Source: Phycisphaeraceae bacterium
GTDB taxonomy: Bacteria > Planctomycetota > Phycisphaerae > Phycisphaerales > UBA1924
Direction: 5' to 3'
Assembly (NCBI GenBank): GCA_020639215.1
Contig: JACKHA010000012.1
Location: 7,896 to 71,895, forward strand
Length of the DNA: 64,000 nt
Numbering within the stretch: position 1 is the stretch's first letter; every line of letters begins with the position of its first letter. Below the pieces are notes generated by a model. That model did not search any database. It had not been told where the DNA came from and worked only from the letters and a program-made list of their open reading frames with translations. The position numbers were made by a program, and so were the translations under genes. Positions 26,593-35,968 of the stretch are shown here, piece by piece.

Positions 26593-28068
26593 CTACGCGA
26601 CGCGGCGGCGCGGGGCGCTTTCGGGGCGCGCGGCCTCGATGATGGCCGACGCCCGCGGCGCGGCGGCATTGAGGGCCTCGTCGGGAAGCATGACCAACGC
26701 CGGGGTGCGGCGCAGGCGCGCCCCAATGGCTGCCGCGCTCGTCGGCGTGGGCACCACCAGGTGCATCGCCCCGATCTGGTCGAGGCGGAGGCGTCGGGCG
26801 CCGGGAACCGGGCACGTCGCCGACGGGTGGTCATCGAACCAGTCGAACGCGACGCGCCGGGCGCGCAGCGCGTCGGCGAGATCGCGTCCGTTCTGGCCCA
26901 TGCCGGCCAGCACGAGGCGCAGGTGGGACAGGCGTCCTGGGCGCTTGCGCTCCCCCTCCGGCGCGTTGTCCCGGCGCGTGCGCTCCCCGAGCAGCTCGCC
27001 AAGGGCGCGGGCGAGCGTCGCGGGGGACGTGAGCGAGAGCGAGTCGATCGCGCCGGCGGATTCCGGCCAGGCCGCGAGGCTCCGGCGGATCTCCTCTCGC
27101 CAGATCGCGGCACGCGCGGACGCCTCATCGGGCCCGACGGCGTGCTCGAACATGAGCGCGTGGCGCAGCGCGCCGTGCAGCGTGTGGGTCTCGCCCGCGG
27201 AGATCGCCCGCCCGCCGCGATCGTCGAGGTCGGACAACAGCGAGGGGATGAGTGGGCGGGCGGTGTCGGGCGGGGCGGCGGCGGCGCGGGCCAGGTGGCG
27301 GATGGTCCAGTGGCGCAGGGCTCGCTCGACGAGTATCGGGTCCGCTTCCGGCAGACGCCCGGCACGGTGCAGGACGCGCCGCCCCGTCTGCCACATGGCG
27401 TCGATAGCACGGCTCAGGGCGCCGGGGCGGAGGCGGTAGTTGAACAGCGGATCGTTGACGGGCGGCGCCCAGGCTGCGCCGTCGAGCGTGAGGCGGAGCC
27501 AGAGGTCCCAGTCTTCGACCTGGCGGAGCGACCGGTCGAACGGGCGGGCGCCCGCACGCTCGCGGAGCGACTCGGCGTGCAGGGCGACGGCGCCGACCGC
27601 GAAGGGATTGCAGTCGAGCAGACGCCCGATGCTCGCGGCGTCGGGCGCGATCGAGACGTTCCAGGCCAGGTCTTCCAGGTCGGGGCCGACCATGCGGAAC
27701 GCCGCGCCGACGCCGACGACCTCGGTTCCGTCTCGCTCGCGTGCGGCCCGGAGCGCTTCCACCAGCGTTGCGGCGTGGGACGGTTCGATGGTGTCGTCGG
27801 CGTCGAGGAAACAGACGAACTCGGCGCGATCGCCCAGCGCCTCGAAGCCCGTGTTGCGGGCCCCGGCCAGGCCGAGGTTGGCCTGGCGGACGACCTCGAC
27901 CCGCCAATCGCGCGTCGAGCGGGCGATGTCGGCGGTCTGGTCGGAGGAGCCGTCGTCGACGACGATGGCGTGGATGCGTGGGCCGGCCTGGCGGAGCACG
28001 CCGTCGAGCGTGTGCGCGATGGTCTGGCTGGCGTTGAGGGCGGGGATGATGTATGCGAGGTCGATCAT
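26593..28068 (-). CDS. family 2 glycosyltransferase with about 250-aa C-terminal extension (491 aa)
   Basis: MIDLAYIIPALNASQTIAHTLDGVLRQ...IHAIVVDDGSSDQT...NLGLAGARNTG...FLDADD are GT2 (GT-A, DxD) motifs. The rest has no motif I recognise. Confidence 0.85.
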   Translation of the reverse strand: MIDLAYIIPALNASQTIAHTLDGVLRQAGPRIHAIVVDDGSSDQTADIARSTRDWRVEVVRQANLGLAGARNTGFEALGDRAEFVCFLDADDTIEPSHAATLVEALRAARERDGTEVVGVGAAFRMVGPDLEDLAWNVSIAPDAASIGRLLDCNPFAVGAVALHAESLRERAGARPFDRSLRQVEDWDLWLRLTLDGAAWAPPVNDPLFNYRLRPGALSRAIDAMWQTGRRVLHRAGRLPEADPILVERALRHWTIRHLARAAAAPPDTARPLIPSLLSDLDDRGGRAISAGETHTLHGALRHALMFEHAVGPDEASARAAIWREEIRRSLAAWPESAGAIDSLSLTSPATLARALGELLGERTRRDNAPEGERKRPGRLSHLRLVLAGMGQNGRDLADALRARRVAFDWFDDHPSATCPVPGARRLRLDQIGAMHLVVPTPTSAAAIGARLRRTPALVMLPDEALNAAAPRASAIIEAARPESAPRRRVA

Positions 28069-28086
28069 GGCGCGTGCCTCCGGCCT

Positions 28087-30630
28087 TCAGGGCGAGGGCT
28101 GGTCGCCCGCACGATCGGCCGCCGCGTCACGGATCGCGACGAGCAGGCGTCTGGCCAGGGCGGTGTGCGTGAGGCGCTCTCGGACACGGGCCGCGATGGC
28201 GTCGGAGACGGCGCGGCGCCAGTCCGGGCGCTCGATGGCCCGTTCGATCAGGGCTTCGAGCGTCGCCTCGTCGTGGAACGAGACCTCGGCCAGGTCGCCG
28301 AAGAGCCAGGTGGGGTCCATCTCGACGCGTTCGAGCGCGGCCCGGCGGCGCAGCGCCTCGACGCGTGCCGTGTTGAGCAGGATGCCGGGGCGGAGCAGGG
28401 GGAAGCCGAGGCGTTGGGTCTGGGCGGCGAACGCCATGGCCTCGGGCGCGTCGGCGAAGGAGTAGAGCGGACCGGCGTCGGCGTCCCCGGGTTCGGCGTC
28501 CATCGGCGTTGCGCCGCGTTCGAGCAGGCTCCGCTGGGCCCGCCCGTGGAGCGTGGAGAGCGACTCGCGTGTCGGGCGGACGATGGGCAGCCCGCCGGAC
28601 AGGGCGCACTCCATCGGGCGCTGGTGCATGAGGGCGGTCAGGCACAGGTGCAGGTGGACGCGGGCGCACTGGTAGCAGGCTCGGAGTTCTTCGCCGTGCT
28701 CGGTGAGGCCGGCGGCGTGTCGGGCCAGCGTGGGGTGCGACTCCCAGCCCTTGCCGTGGAGGCGGAGGCGCCAGCCGCGGCGGTCGGCGATGGAGGCGGC
28801 CCAGGCCAGGGCCTCGTGGCGGAAGGCCCGGTCGGCGATGGGCAGGGCGTAGTTGCGGAAGAAGAGGCCCTCGATGCGGTCGTCGGGGCCGAGCGGGTGG
28901 TGGCGGGCCAGTTCCTCTCGCACCGCGTCGCGGAGCGGTTTCCACGGGCTTCGGTCCGTCGCGCGGGCGATCTCCAGGCAGCGCGGCAGCAACGCGTCGA
29001 GCACGCGGGCGGCGGCGGGGTCCTCGAACGCCTCGCCCTTGAGGCGCGCGTGCATGGCCTCCACGGTCTCGCTGTGGTGCGTCACGCAAGCGATTTCGCA
29101 GGCGAATCGCTCGCGCAACGCCGGGGCGACGGGCGCAGGGTGGAACTTGGTGTCGCTGGCGACGACCGGGGACACCACGGCCCGATCGCGGGGGTACCCG
29201 TGCTTCTCGAAGAGGTCCTCGGCGCAGTGCCCGGCCACGAAGTCCAGCGGGCCCATCGCCCGGCCCACGTCGCGGCTGAACAGGTGGGGCATCATGTCCT
29301 GCACCCAGCACACCACCGGCACGTTGGGCGGTGTGACGCCCGGGAACTGGGCCCGGGCGTAGTTGATGAACACGATCAGGTCCGGGTCGAGGCGGTCGAT
29401 CGCGTCCAGGTACGCGACTGTTGAGAACTGCGTGTGGTCGTCGGGTTCGAGCAGGATCTCGGCGGTGTGCCCCATCCTGCGGAGCGTGTCGGCCAGGTCG
29501 CTGGCGGCGTGCCGGAGGAACGTGGTGTAGCGGCTGGTGGGGATGAGCACGCGCAGCGGGCCGACGGGGGCGTCGGGCGAGGCGGTGCCGGCCCACCCCG
29601 AGCGGGCCGTGGCGTCGCCGCCGATCGCCGTTGCGAGGCGGGATGCGATCGCGTCGGGCGTGCGTTGTTCGTCCCGGCTCATGACCCGCGAGCGCAACTC
29701 GTCGGCCAGACGGCTCTGGGCGGCGATCGCCGCCTGCATCGCCGACTCCGGCGCGACGCCCAGCAGCGTTCTGGTTCCGGCCAGGCGAACGAACCGCCCG
29801 GTCAGGCTTCGGGTCTGGTCGCTGCGGGCCCATCGGGCGAGGCGCTCGCTGGCGTCGCGCCCGGCGAGCAGCATCGTGCGGGGCGATGCGAGCAGGCCTT
29901 CCAGCGGCGCGAGCGAGAGGCCGTGCAGGGCGTCGACGGGATCGGCCTGGAGCAGGATCAAGCGCGGCTGGTAGCCGTTGGCCTCGGCGCCCAAGGCCCG
30001 GGCGATGGCGTCGGCGAGCCAGGGCGGGTCGATGCCCTCGAGCACGATCGCGGGGCGGGGCTTGGGGAGCGGAGCGATGTTGCGGGCGACGAACTCGCGG
30101 GCCGCACGCTGGTGGTCGATCAGGCCGAGCCAGTTTGAAGGGTTGGCGTCACCCCGCTCGCGCCTGACGGCGTTTCTATCGAGCGTGCGGTAGACCTGGG
30201 TATGATCGGCTTGCTCCACCCAGCGCTCGGCAATGGGCAGCAGGTCGGTGCCACGGGAGCCGAGGTGCTGGAGGTTGGCCGCGAGCGTGGCCCGGCGGGT
30301 GTTGGCGGGCATCTCGTCGTCGGGCAGGGCTCGCAGCGCGTCGCGGAGGCCCGACACCGCGGGATCGGCGGCCGCCTCGCCCGAGAGCAGGGCGAGCTGC
30401 TCGATCGCCAGCGTCCGCAGGCCGAGGCGTCCGAGGGCCGAGGCGAAGAGGAACCGGACGCCGGCGTCGCCCGGGGCGGCCCGGAGCGCGGCCACGCCGA
30501 CGGGCAGGAAGGCCCACGGCTCGCTGGAGCGCCCCAGGCGGATGATGTCGCCGCGCGTGTAGCGGACGCTCGCCCCGGAAAGGCTGGGCGTCGGGGCGAC
30601 CGGTTGGGACTGCGCGGGGGCTCCGGGCAT
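28087..30630 (-). CDS. large (847 aa) multidomain protein with CgeB-like / group-1-type glycosyltransferase C-terminal region
   Basis: ORF 28087..31152 trimmed to ATG 30630 (MPGAPAQS), because the upstream part is antisense to the + strand hldE-like gene. The C-terminal part (PDLIVFINY...VVCWVQD...RLHGKGWE...MHQRPMECALSGGLPIV) resembles DUF3880/Glyco_trans_1_2 (CgeB family). The N-terminal 450 aa is unassigned. Confidence 0.5.
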   Translation of the reverse strand: MPGAPAQSQPVAPTPSLSGASVRYTRGDIIRLGRSSEPWAFLPVGVAALRAAPGDAGVRFLFASALGRLGLRTLAIEQLALLSGEAAADPAVSGLRDALRALPDDEMPANTRRATLAANLQHLGSRGTDLLPIAERWVEQADHTQVYRTLDRNAVRRERGDANPSNWLGLIDHQRAAREFVARNIAPLPKPRPAIVLEGIDPPWLADAIARALGAEANGYQPRLILLQADPVDALHGLSLAPLEGLLASPRTMLLAGRDASERLARWARSDQTRSLTGRFVRLAGTRTLLGVAPESAMQAAIAAQSRLADELRSRVMSRDEQRTPDAIASRLATAIGGDATARSGWAGTASPDAPVGPLRVLIPTSRYTTFLRHAASDLADTLRRMGHTAEILLEPDDHTQFSTVAYLDAIDRLDPDLIVFINYARAQFPGVTPPNVPVVCWVQDMMPHLFSRDVGRAMGPLDFVAGHCAEDLFEKHGYPRDRAVVSPVVASDTKFHPAPVAPALRERFACEIACVTHHSETVEAMHARLKGEAFEDPAAARVLDALLPRCLEIARATDRSPWKPLRDAVREELARHHPLGPDDRIEGLFFRNYALPIADRAFRHEALAWAASIADRRGWRLRLHGKGWESHPTLARHAAGLTEHGEELRACYQCARVHLHLCLTALMHQRPMECALSGGLPIVRPTRESLSTLHGRAQRSLLERGATPMDAEPGDADAGPLYSFADAPEAMAFAAQTQRLGFPLLRPGILLNTARVEALRRRAALERVEMDPTWLFGDLAEVSFHDEATLEALIERAIERPDWRRAVSDAIAARVRERLTHTALARRLLVAIRDAAADRAGDQPSP

Positions 30631-30735
30631 CCGCTTTGTATCGACGGGCGCCCCGACGGCCCGACAAAAGCGGAGCCCCCCGGCAGCGGGCCGGGCGACG
30701 TGGCCGCGCGCCGGTGGGGCACCAGACGCCGAGGA

Positions 30736-32445
30736 ATGCGGGACATGGAATCCGCCGCCAAGATCCTGAGCCGAGAGCAACTCCTGCGCGTCCGCGAGCA
30801 GGCCCGGCGCGACGGGCGGCGCGTGGTGCAGTGCCACGGCTGCTTCGACATCGTGCACCCCGGGCACATCCGCCACCTGCGATTCGCCAGGCAGCTGGGC
30901 GACATCCTGCTCGTGACGCTCACGGGCGACTCGTCGATCGCCAAGGGCACGGGTCGCCCGTTGATCCCCGAGGAACTGCGGGCCGACAACCTCGCGGCCT
31001 TGGACTTCGTGGACTGGGTGCATGTCGAGTCGCGCCCCACCGCGGGCGAGCTGCTGGGCGAGGTTCGCCCCGATGTGTATGTGAAGGGGCGCGAGTACGA
31101 GTTCAACAGCGACCCGCGGTTCAAGGCCGAGCGCCGGGCCGTTGAGGACCACGGCGGGCGGGTTGTGTTCTCATCGGGCGACGTGGTCTTCTCCAGCACG
31201 GCTCTGATCGCGGCTCTGGAGCAGAGCGTTGACCCGTTCCATGCCCGCCTGCGCGACCTGCTCGCGCGCGACGAGGCCCAGGGGGCGACGCTCGGCGGGA
31301 TCGTGTCGGCGATGCGCGGCGTGCCGGTGGTGGTCGTCGGCGAGACGATCCTCGACACATACGTTCTGTGCGACAGGCCGGACGTGGCGGGCGAGAGCCC
31401 GATCATGACGCTCCGCCCCGCGGAGTACCGCCATTACGACGGTGGGGCGGCGATCATCGCACGCCACGCCGCGGCTCTTGGGGCACGCCCGGTGCTGATC
31501 ACGCCGATGCCCACCGGTGGCCCGGGGCTAGAGGCGGCGCGGGCCGTGCGGCAGCGACTGATCGCCGAGGGAGTGGACGTGCGCCCGATTCCGGTGGAGA
31601 CGCCGCTGCCCGAGAAGCAGCGGTTCCTGGTCGGTGCGCAGAAGGTGATGAAGGTCGATCTGGTGGACCGCCTGGTCGTGGACACGACCACGGGCGAGCG
31701 GCTCGTGCAGATGGCCACCGCGGCGGCGCGGGAGGTCCACGCGGGCGTGGGGATCGTCGCGGACTTCGGGCTCGGGTTGTTTTCGAGCGCGCTGCTGCGC
31801 CGCTTGTGCCTGGCCCTGCGTGAGCACGCCGCGATCATGGCGGGCGACGTCAGCGGGCGACGCTCGAACCTGACGGCGATGAGCGGGATGGACCTGTTGT
31901 GCCCGAGCGAAGGCGAGGTCCGCGACGCGATGGGGCTGCACGACCAAGGCCTGCCGGCGGTGACGTGGCGGCTGCTCGAGCGCACGAACGCGAAGCGCGC
32001 GATCATCTCGATGGGTGGCGACGGGTTGATCGCGTTCGATCGCATCCAAGGCGGGGCGGAATCCGAGCCGGCGTCACTCGCCGAGGCGACGACGAGTGCC
32101 AGGTCGGATGCCAAGGGCGGCGACGGCTGGGCCCGGCGCCTGGCTGCGGAGCACATCCCCGCGTTGTGCCCGTTCGCGGTCGACCCACTGGGGTGCGGCG
32201 ACTCGCTGCTCACGACCGCGGCTCTGGCGCTGGGGGCCGGCGGCTCCTTGCTGAGCGCGGCGATCCTGGGGGCCGCCGCCGCGGGCGTGCAGGCCCAGCG
32301 CCTCGGCAACCTGCCCGTTTCCGCCACGGACGTGCGACATGCCGTTGCCCGCCTGCACGCTTCGCACCTGGCGTATGCCCCGGCCGAGGTGCTCGACGCG
32401 CACCTGACGCCGCGCCGCGAACTGGCGACTGGCGCCGCGTCGTGA
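30736..32445 (+). CDS. domain-permuted HldE-like bifunctional enzyme: N-terminal cytidylyltransferase-fold adenylyltransferase and C-terminal PfkB sugar kinase (569 aa)
   Basis: ORF 30202..32445 trimmed to ATG 30736. The N-terminal part has VVQCHGCFDIVHPGHIRHLRFARQLGD, RPLIPEELRADNLAALDFVDWV and PDVYVKGREY. The C-terminal part has VVVVGETILDTYV...GESPIMTL...YDGGAAIIA and DPLGCGDSLLTTAALALGAG. The order is the reverse of the HldE at 55353..56852. Confidence 0.8.
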   Translation: MRDMESAAKILSREQLLRVREQARRDGRRVVQCHGCFDIVHPGHIRHLRFARQLGDILLVTLTGDSSIAKGTGRPLIPEELRADNLAALDFVDWVHVESRPTAGELLGEVRPDVYVKGREYEFNSDPRFKAERRAVEDHGGRVVFSSGDVVFSSTALIAALEQSVDPFHARLRDLLARDEAQGATLGGIVSAMRGVPVVVVGETILDTYVLCDRPDVAGESPIMTLRPAEYRHYDGGAAIIARHAAALGARPVLITPMPTGGPGLEAARAVRQRLIAEGVDVRPIPVETPLPEKQRFLVGAQKVMKVDLVDRLVVDTTTGERLVQMATAAAREVHAGVGIVADFGLGLFSSALLRRLCLALREHAAIMAGDVSGRRSNLTAMSGMDLLCPSEGEVRDAMGLHDQGLPAVTWRLLERTNAKRAIISMGGDGLIAFDRIQGGAESEPASLAEATTSARSDAKGGDGWARRLAAEHIPALCPFAVDPLGCGDSLLTTAALALGAGGSLLSAAILGAAAAGVQAQRLGNLPVSATDVRHAVARLHASHLAYAPAEVLDAHLTPRRELATGAAS

Positions 32446-32455
32446 GCCGCCCGAC

Positions 32456-33598
32456 ATGACCCCATCGATCTCCTACATCATCCCGACCCGCAACCGCTTG
32501 GGCGAGCTTCGGCGCACGCTGGACGCGATCGGCGACATGGGACGCCACGATGCCGAGGTCATCGTGGTCGACAACGCCTCCGCGACGCGCCCGCACGTGC
32601 CGGCACACCTGGCCAGCGGCGTACCGACCACGCTCTTGCAGCGCACCCGCAACGAGGGGGCGGCGGCTCGCAACATCGCCGCCCGGGCGGCTTCGGGACG
32701 CTGGCTCGTCATGCTCGACGACGACTCGCACCCGACCTGCACGGGCGACGAGATCGACGGCGCGCTCGGCTCGCAACCGAGCAACGTCGGCGCGGTCATG
32801 GGCGACATCAGGTTGCCCGGCCCGGGGCGCCGCGAAGCGGGTGGGTTGCCCGAAGTCTTCGTAGGCTGCGGCGTGGCCATCCGGCGCGATGTGTTCCTGG
32901 ATCTGGGAGGCTATGACCGCTCGTTCGGGTACTACGCCGAGGAGTACGACCTGGCGGCCCGGATGCTGCTCGACGGTCTGCGGGTCGGTTTCGACCCCGT
33001 GTTCAGCGTGGACCATCGCAAGGTGGTCGCCGGGCGGAACATGGACCTGATCCTCGAGCGCCTCGTGCGGAACAACGCGTGGGTGATGCAGCGGTACGCG
33101 CCGGAGGCGGTCCGGCGAAAGGAGATCAGGCACATCCGCGCGCGGTACCGCTCGATAGCGATCAAGGAGCACGCCCTGGGCGGGTTCGGACGCGGGCTGG
33201 TGGAACTGCGCGACACCATCGCCGCCCAGCCGCGCCGCGAGATGCCCCAGCACGCCTTCGACCGTTTCACCGGCCTGGCCGCCGCCCGCCAGGCAATCGC
33301 CCTCGCGCTCGCCCAGCGCCCGGGCGCCATCCGCAGCGCGACGATCGTGGCCCACGGCAAGAACGAGTCGGTTGTCCGGCACGCGATCGCCGAAGCCGGG
33401 ATCGCCCTCCTCGACTCGCCCGACGCCGAGGCCGCGGCGGACATGCTCGTCATCGGCACGCTCTCGCCCGGCCCGATGATCGACGCGGCGCTGGCCCGCC
33501 CGGTCGACTGGGCGTCGGGTCGGCTCGTGCTCCCGTGGACCCGGGCCGCGCTCGCGATCGATCGGCCCAAGGCGCCCGCTCCGGCCCGGGCCGCATAA
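32456..33598 (+). CDS. family 2 glycosyltransferase (380 aa)
   Basis: ISYIIPTRNRLGELRRTLDAI...VIVVDNAS...NEGAAARN...VMLDDDS are GT2 motifs. It starts 10 nt after the hldE-like stop. Confidence 0.85.
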   Translation: MTPSISYIIPTRNRLGELRRTLDAIGDMGRHDAEVIVVDNASATRPHVPAHLASGVPTTLLQRTRNEGAAARNIAARAASGRWLVMLDDDSHPTCTGDEIDGALGSQPSNVGAVMGDIRLPGPGRREAGGLPEVFVGCGVAIRRDVFLDLGGYDRSFGYYAEEYDLAARMLLDGLRVGFDPVFSVDHRKVVAGRNMDLILERLVRNNAWVMQRYAPEAVRRKEIRHIRARYRSIAIKEHALGGFGRGLVELRDTIAAQPRREMPQHAFDRFTGLAAARQAIALALAQRPGAIRSATIVAHGKNESVVRHAIAEAGIALLDSPDAEAAADMLVIGTLSPGPMIDAALARPVDWASGRLVLPWTRAALAIDRPKAPAPARAA

Positions 33599-33635
33599 GG
33601 CAGAGGTTGGGCGAAGGCGACCCGGGCCGCGCAGC

Positions 33636-35909
33636 TCATTGGCCAGCGCGCGTCGCTGCGGCGTCCTGCGCAGGCGGTGGCTCCGGCATCCACGCCTCCA
33701 ACCCCGCCAGACGCTCGCGGCTCTCGTTGGTCACCGCGAAGCCCCACGCGTCGAAGTACCCGCTCAGATCTCGCCCAACCGCCTCGCTCAGCGCGACGAG
33801 GAACGCGTTGCGTTCCTCGTCCTGGCTCTGTGGGCGATGCTCCGGCGGCAAGGCCCGCATCGCGTCGAACGCGGCGTGGAACGCGTCGAAACCGAACGCG
33901 TGCCACAGCAGCGCGTAGAACTGCAGACGCGGGAACGGCCCGCCCACATCCTCGAATCGCCCCCCCGCCGCCCGATGCCGATCGAACGTCTCCCACGCGG
34001 TCTGCGGCGTCGACCGCATCACGTCCGAGTCCAGCGGGTAGCCGTTGACCGTGTGCAGCGCGTACACCGTGAAGATGTTGACGGTGACCTCGCCGGTGGC
34101 CCCGTCGGTCCACAGGGGGTTCTGGTGGGCGTGCCCCATCTCGTGGTAGTGCCCCCACAGGTTGTTGGGCCCTTCGGCGTCGAAGTTCTCGGTCTGGAAC
34201 ATGGCCCCGGCGGCGCTCGCGGGGATCACGATCGGGCCGTCCGCGGGGCAGTACATGTAGCCCCACGACACGCTCACGTCCGCGACGTACCGGTACGGGC
34301 GATCGGCCCAGTGGTTCGCGGTTCGCGGCTCGAGCGACTGCATGGCCTCGTGCACGCGATCCCAGTGCGCCATGACCACGTCCGGGTGCTCGACCTCGCG
34401 CACCGCAGACGACGGGACCGTCAGCACCAGTTCGCCCGACTCGAACTCCGCCCACGGCGCGTCCAGGTGGCGGATGCGTGAGCGCCACTGCCCGATGTCG
34501 GTCACGCCGGCGACGTATCGCGGCATCTCGGCGGCGTTGTCGATCTGGACGCGCCACACCGAGCCGCGGCTGGCCCGGGCCAGCTCCACCGGCACGTCGA
34601 TATAGATCGGCCCGCCGATCGCGCTGGCGACCTCGACCTCCGGCGTGTCGACCGGGAAGCGCCGCATCGCGTCGCGCAGGCGGACACGGTACGGGTGGTC
34701 GTGCGGATCGCGCCACGCGCCGATCTGGACGTGGACCCCGGCGCCGACGAGTGCCTCGGGCACGCGGATCGTCACGACCTCGCCCGGCGGCGCGTACAGC
34801 CCCGTCGACCGCCAGCCGGGCACGCCCGCGTCGAGTTCGATCACGGCCCGGGGCACGCGATCGGGCCCCAGCGGCCCGGGGAACGCTGCACTCGACGCAT
34901 GCGCCCGCAGCTCGCGAGCCGGCAGCTCCATCGCCAGGCGCGAATCGAGGTCCATCAGAGCCCGCGCCAGCGGGTCCCGCTGCGGCGTGAGGCGGGCCCC
35001 GCTCAATCCGGCGTACACCTCGTCGAGGCGAACGCGCTCGGCCATCGCGATGGCCCGGGCCTCGAGGATCAGCGTGCTGGTCAGCGGCACGCACGCGAAC
35101 GCGTCGCCCGCCACACGGGCCGCCAGCACCGTGTCGCCCGCCTCCTGCCCCGCGAGGACCCGCAGCGCGTGCGTGGCGTTCCCGCCAGCGAGCAGCGATC
35201 GGTCGAGCGGGTAATCGCCGTCGGGCCCGTAGGGGCGCTGCGACAGGTGTGTGAAGCGGATGCCCGCGGGCTCGAGCAGGCGGTTGGCCGCCAGCGTGTC
35301 GACGGTCAGGCCCGGGTTGAGTTGGAGCTGGCCCCAGGCGGTCTCGGTGAGCAGCATGCCGCCGCCGCGCTCGATCCAGTCGCGCAGGTCGTCGAATCGC
35401 CCGGCCCGCTCGAAGGCCTGCGCGGAGGCAACGACGACATCGACGGCGTCGAAGGCAAGGTCTCGCGGCTCGGCGCGAACGCGCTCGAACGCCGTGCCGC
35501 GCCGGGCGAGCTCGCCCGCGATCGCGTCTGAAAGCCCGAAGACGCGGATGGGCTGGGCATCGGCGGGCCCGTCGCCACCGTGCACCTCGCGCCCCGCCAG
35601 CCACTCGACCGCGCTGGCGGCGAACACCTCGGAGTCGCCCTCGGTCGTGGACACGAACCCGCCGTGCCCGATCGCGACGACCCGCCCGCGTCCGAGCGTG
35701 GAAGCGGCCGCGAAGACGCGTCCGTCCGGCGCGACGAGCAGGGCCTCGGCGTCGCCCCAGGCCACGAGCGAGGCGGGGTTGCCGCCCGAGCGGAGCGAGG
35801 TGACATCATGGAGGAGGGCGTCGACGGGCGTCGGGGCGGGCGAAGCCCCGGCGGCGGCGATGCCAGCAACAAGAAGTGGGGAGACAACCGAAGCGATGGT
35901 GGTCAGCAT
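33636..35909 (-). CDS. secreted peptidase M60-like (enhancin/TCAF-like) metalloprotease (757 aa)
   Basis: ORF 33636..36905 trimmed to ATG 35909 (MLTTIASVVSPLLVAGIAAAGASPAP, signal-like). Zinc motif is NLWGHYHEMGHAHQNPLW...GEVTVNIFT (HExxH plus downstream Glu), with a long N-terminal accessory region. Confidence 0.75.
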   Translation of the reverse strand: MLTTIASVVSPLLVAGIAAAGASPAPTPVDALLHDVTSLRSGGNPASLVAWGDAEALLVAPDGRVFAAASTLGRGRVVAIGHGGFVSTTEGDSEVFAASAVEWLAGREVHGGDGPADAQPIRVFGLSDAIAGELARRGTAFERVRAEPRDLAFDAVDVVVASAQAFERAGRFDDLRDWIERGGGMLLTETAWGQLQLNPGLTVDTLAANRLLEPAGIRFTHLSQRPYGPDGDYPLDRSLLAGGNATHALRVLAGQEAGDTVLAARVAGDAFACVPLTSTLILEARAIAMAERVRLDEVYAGLSGARLTPQRDPLARALMDLDSRLAMELPARELRAHASSAAFPGPLGPDRVPRAVIELDAGVPGWRSTGLYAPPGEVVTIRVPEALVGAGVHVQIGAWRDPHDHPYRVRLRDAMRRFPVDTPEVEVASAIGGPIYIDVPVELARASRGSVWRVQIDNAAEMPRYVAGVTDIGQWRSRIRHLDAPWAEFESGELVLTVPSSAVREVEHPDVVMAHWDRVHEAMQSLEPRTANHWADRPYRYVADVSVSWGYMYCPADGPIVIPASAAGAMFQTENFDAEGPNNLWGHYHEMGHAHQNPLWTDGATGEVTVNIFTVYALHTVNGYPLDSDVMRSTPQTAWETFDRHRAAGGRFEDVGGPFPRLQFYALLWHAFGFDAFHAAFDAMRALPPEHRPQSQDEERNAFLVALSEAVGRDLSGYFDAWGFAVTNESRERLAGLEAWMPEPPPAQDAAATRAGQ

Positions 35910-35968
35910 TGGGCGATGATACTGCGAGACGGGCCGCGCCTCCCGATCGGAGCCACGACCGGCGGAAG

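Noticed and set aside
26308-29424. 1038-aa + strand ORF across the GT2 and large glycosyltransferase genes. Similar giants are 12272..14053 (-), 19292..21094 (-), 21482..23611 (-), 23406..25055 (-), 32932..35604 (-), 52502..53710 (+) and 56969..59539 (+)
   Set aside because: All lie opposite to, or out of frame with, genes that carry clear family motifs. Their products are dominated by Arg, Pro, Gly and Ala runs and lack any recognisable domain.
30631-31152. Upstream extensions of track ORFs. Examples are 28087..31152 and also 1269..2747, 25341..27410, 33636..36905, 44347..46689, 46473..47591, 55353..57299 and 56915..60856
   Set aside because: The extensions run through neighbouring genes on the other strand or through the repeated leader boxes. 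They are compositionally non-coding-like. Each is followed by an internal start that gives a canonical N-terminus, signal peptide or ATGA/GTGA coupling.
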